Shown here one piece after another: positions 5,308 through 6,289 of a stretch of 6,289 nt of DNA (positions within the stretch are counted from its first letter, which is position 1; the number at the start of each line of letters is the position of its first letter). The position numbers and the translations under genes are program-made. Origin of the DNA: a virus (Duplodnaviria > Heunggongvirae > Uroviricota > Caudoviricetes); IMG/VR virus record IMGVR_UViG_2548876949_000016; one strand, given 5' to 3'. Under the pieces are notes generated by a model. That model had not been told where the DNA came from. It ran no database searches and saw nothing but the letters and a program-made list of their open reading frames with translations.

Positions 5308-5994
5308 ATGACCCCAATAAAAATATTTATGACTATTGCTGATTTCAAACGGCCTAAATTGGAGCTCCCAAACGGGGCAAACAAACTACTACTGCACTCT
5401 TGCTGTGCTCCATGTTCCGGTGAAGTGATGGAGGCGCTTCAGGCCTCGGGAATCGACTACACCATCTTTTTCTACAACCCGAACATTCATCCTCAGAAAG
5501 AGTATTTAATTCGTAAGGATGAAAATATTCGCTTTGCTGAACAACACGGCGTGCCGTTTATCGATGCTGATTACGACACCGACAACTGGTTTGAACGTGC
5601 CAAAGGAATGGAATGGGAGCCTGAGAGGGGGATCCGTTGTACCATGTGTTTTGACATGCGTTTTGAGCGGACAGCGTTGTACGCTGCTGAAAATGGTTTC
5701 AGTGTGATCAGCAGTTCACTGGGCATTTCACGCTGGAAAAATATGCAGCAGGTTAACGAGTGTGGGCGGCGAGCTGTTGCGCATTATCCGGGTATGGTGT
5801 ACTGGGATTATAACTGGCGCAAGCAGGGCGGCTCGTCCCGTATGATTGAAATCAGCAAGCGCGAAAAATTCTATCAGCAGGAATATTGTGGCTGTGTGTA
5901 TTCTCTGCGCGATACCAATCTACACCGCAAATCTCAGGGACGCCCTCTTATCAAAATTGGCCAACTCCACTACGGAAAAGAAGAGAAGGAGTGA
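5308..5994 (+). CDS. queH: QueH-like epoxyqueuosine reductase (DUF208 family, 228 aa), prophage cargo
   Basis: Three cysteine motifs that I recall as the QueH/DUF208 signature: [11 protein letters not shown] (nt ~5389..5421), [10 protein letters not shown] (~5638..5667) and EYCGCVYS (~5881..5904). Separated from the upstream gene by a 153-bp gap containing TTGACA at 5182..5187. No convincing Shine-Dalgarno before ATG 5308 or the alternative ATG 5329, so the start is uncertain. Confidence 0.6.
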   Translation: MTPIKIFMTIADFKRPKLELPNGANKLLLHSCCAPCSGEVMEALQASGIDYTIFFYNPNIHPQKEYLIRKDENIRFAEQHGVPFIDADYDTDNWFERAKGMEWEPERGIRCTMCFDMRFERTALYAAENGFSVISSSLGISRWKNMQQVNECGRRAVAHYPGMVYWDYNWRKQGGSSRMIEISKREKFYQQEYCGCVYSLRDTNLHRKSQGRPLIKIGQLHYGKEEKE

Positions 5995-6289
5995 TTTTAT
6001 GGATCACCTTTCTGATTGATTTCATATTGGCGAGGTGACGTGAGTTAAGTAGAATGGCTGCGGGTGCTTGAGGCTATCTGTCTCAGGCATGAACACTGAA
6101 AGGCAGATAGAGAAAAGCCCCAGTTAACATTTCGCGTCCTGCAAGACGCTTAACATTAATCTGAGGCCCAATCTATGTCTCACAAATGTAGGTTAGCCTC
6201 TTACGTGCCGAAAGGCAAGGGGAAGCAGGCTATTGTTAACACCAAGCTGTAATGTCCCCTTTGAACCATTCTAAAATGTCCCCAGACAA

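Noticed and set aside
5519-5707. 62-aa plus-strand ORF inside the QueH-like gene
   Set aside because: Out-of-frame internal ORF; the QueH-like frame carries the conserved cysteine motifs.
5995-6289. Possible tRNA gene downstream of the early region (lambdoid phages often carry tRNAs near Q)
   Set aside because: No GTTCRANYC T-loop motif, no acceptor-stem complementarity and no cloverleaf could be drawn on either strand.
1-6289. CRISPR arrays, IS elements/transposases, integrase or attachment sites
   Set aside because: No regularly spaced repeat-spacer structure, no terminal inverted repeats with transposase-like ORFs, and no integrase-like ORF in the window; the only periodic repeats are the coding-embedded iterons.

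Overview
This window reads as the immunity and early-right (replication) region of a Rac-like lambdoid prophage from an enterobacterial genome, plus one unexpected cargo gene. All calls rest on reading the sequence and on recalled family motifs; no searches were run. From left to right: three small leftward genes (72, 42 and 78 aa), an OL-like operator pair, a leftward CI-like HTH repressor with no S24 autocleavage domain, and an OR-like region with three operator copies and divergent promoters. Rightward follow a Cro-like YdaS-family gene, a YdaT-like gene, a replication initiator (HTH N-terminus, DnaT-like C-terminus) with an iteron array and GATC cluster embedded in its coding sequence, a DnaC-like helicase loader, and two winged-helix-like proteins of unknown function. 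After a 153-bp gap with its own promoter-like signals sits a QueH-like (DUF208) epoxyqueuosine reductase, a tRNA-modification enzyme that is not part of the standard lambdoid early region. The last ~300 bp are non-coding but structured. The QueH cargo and the coding-embedded origin are the most interesting features. No tRNA, rRNA, CRISPR array or IS element was detected.
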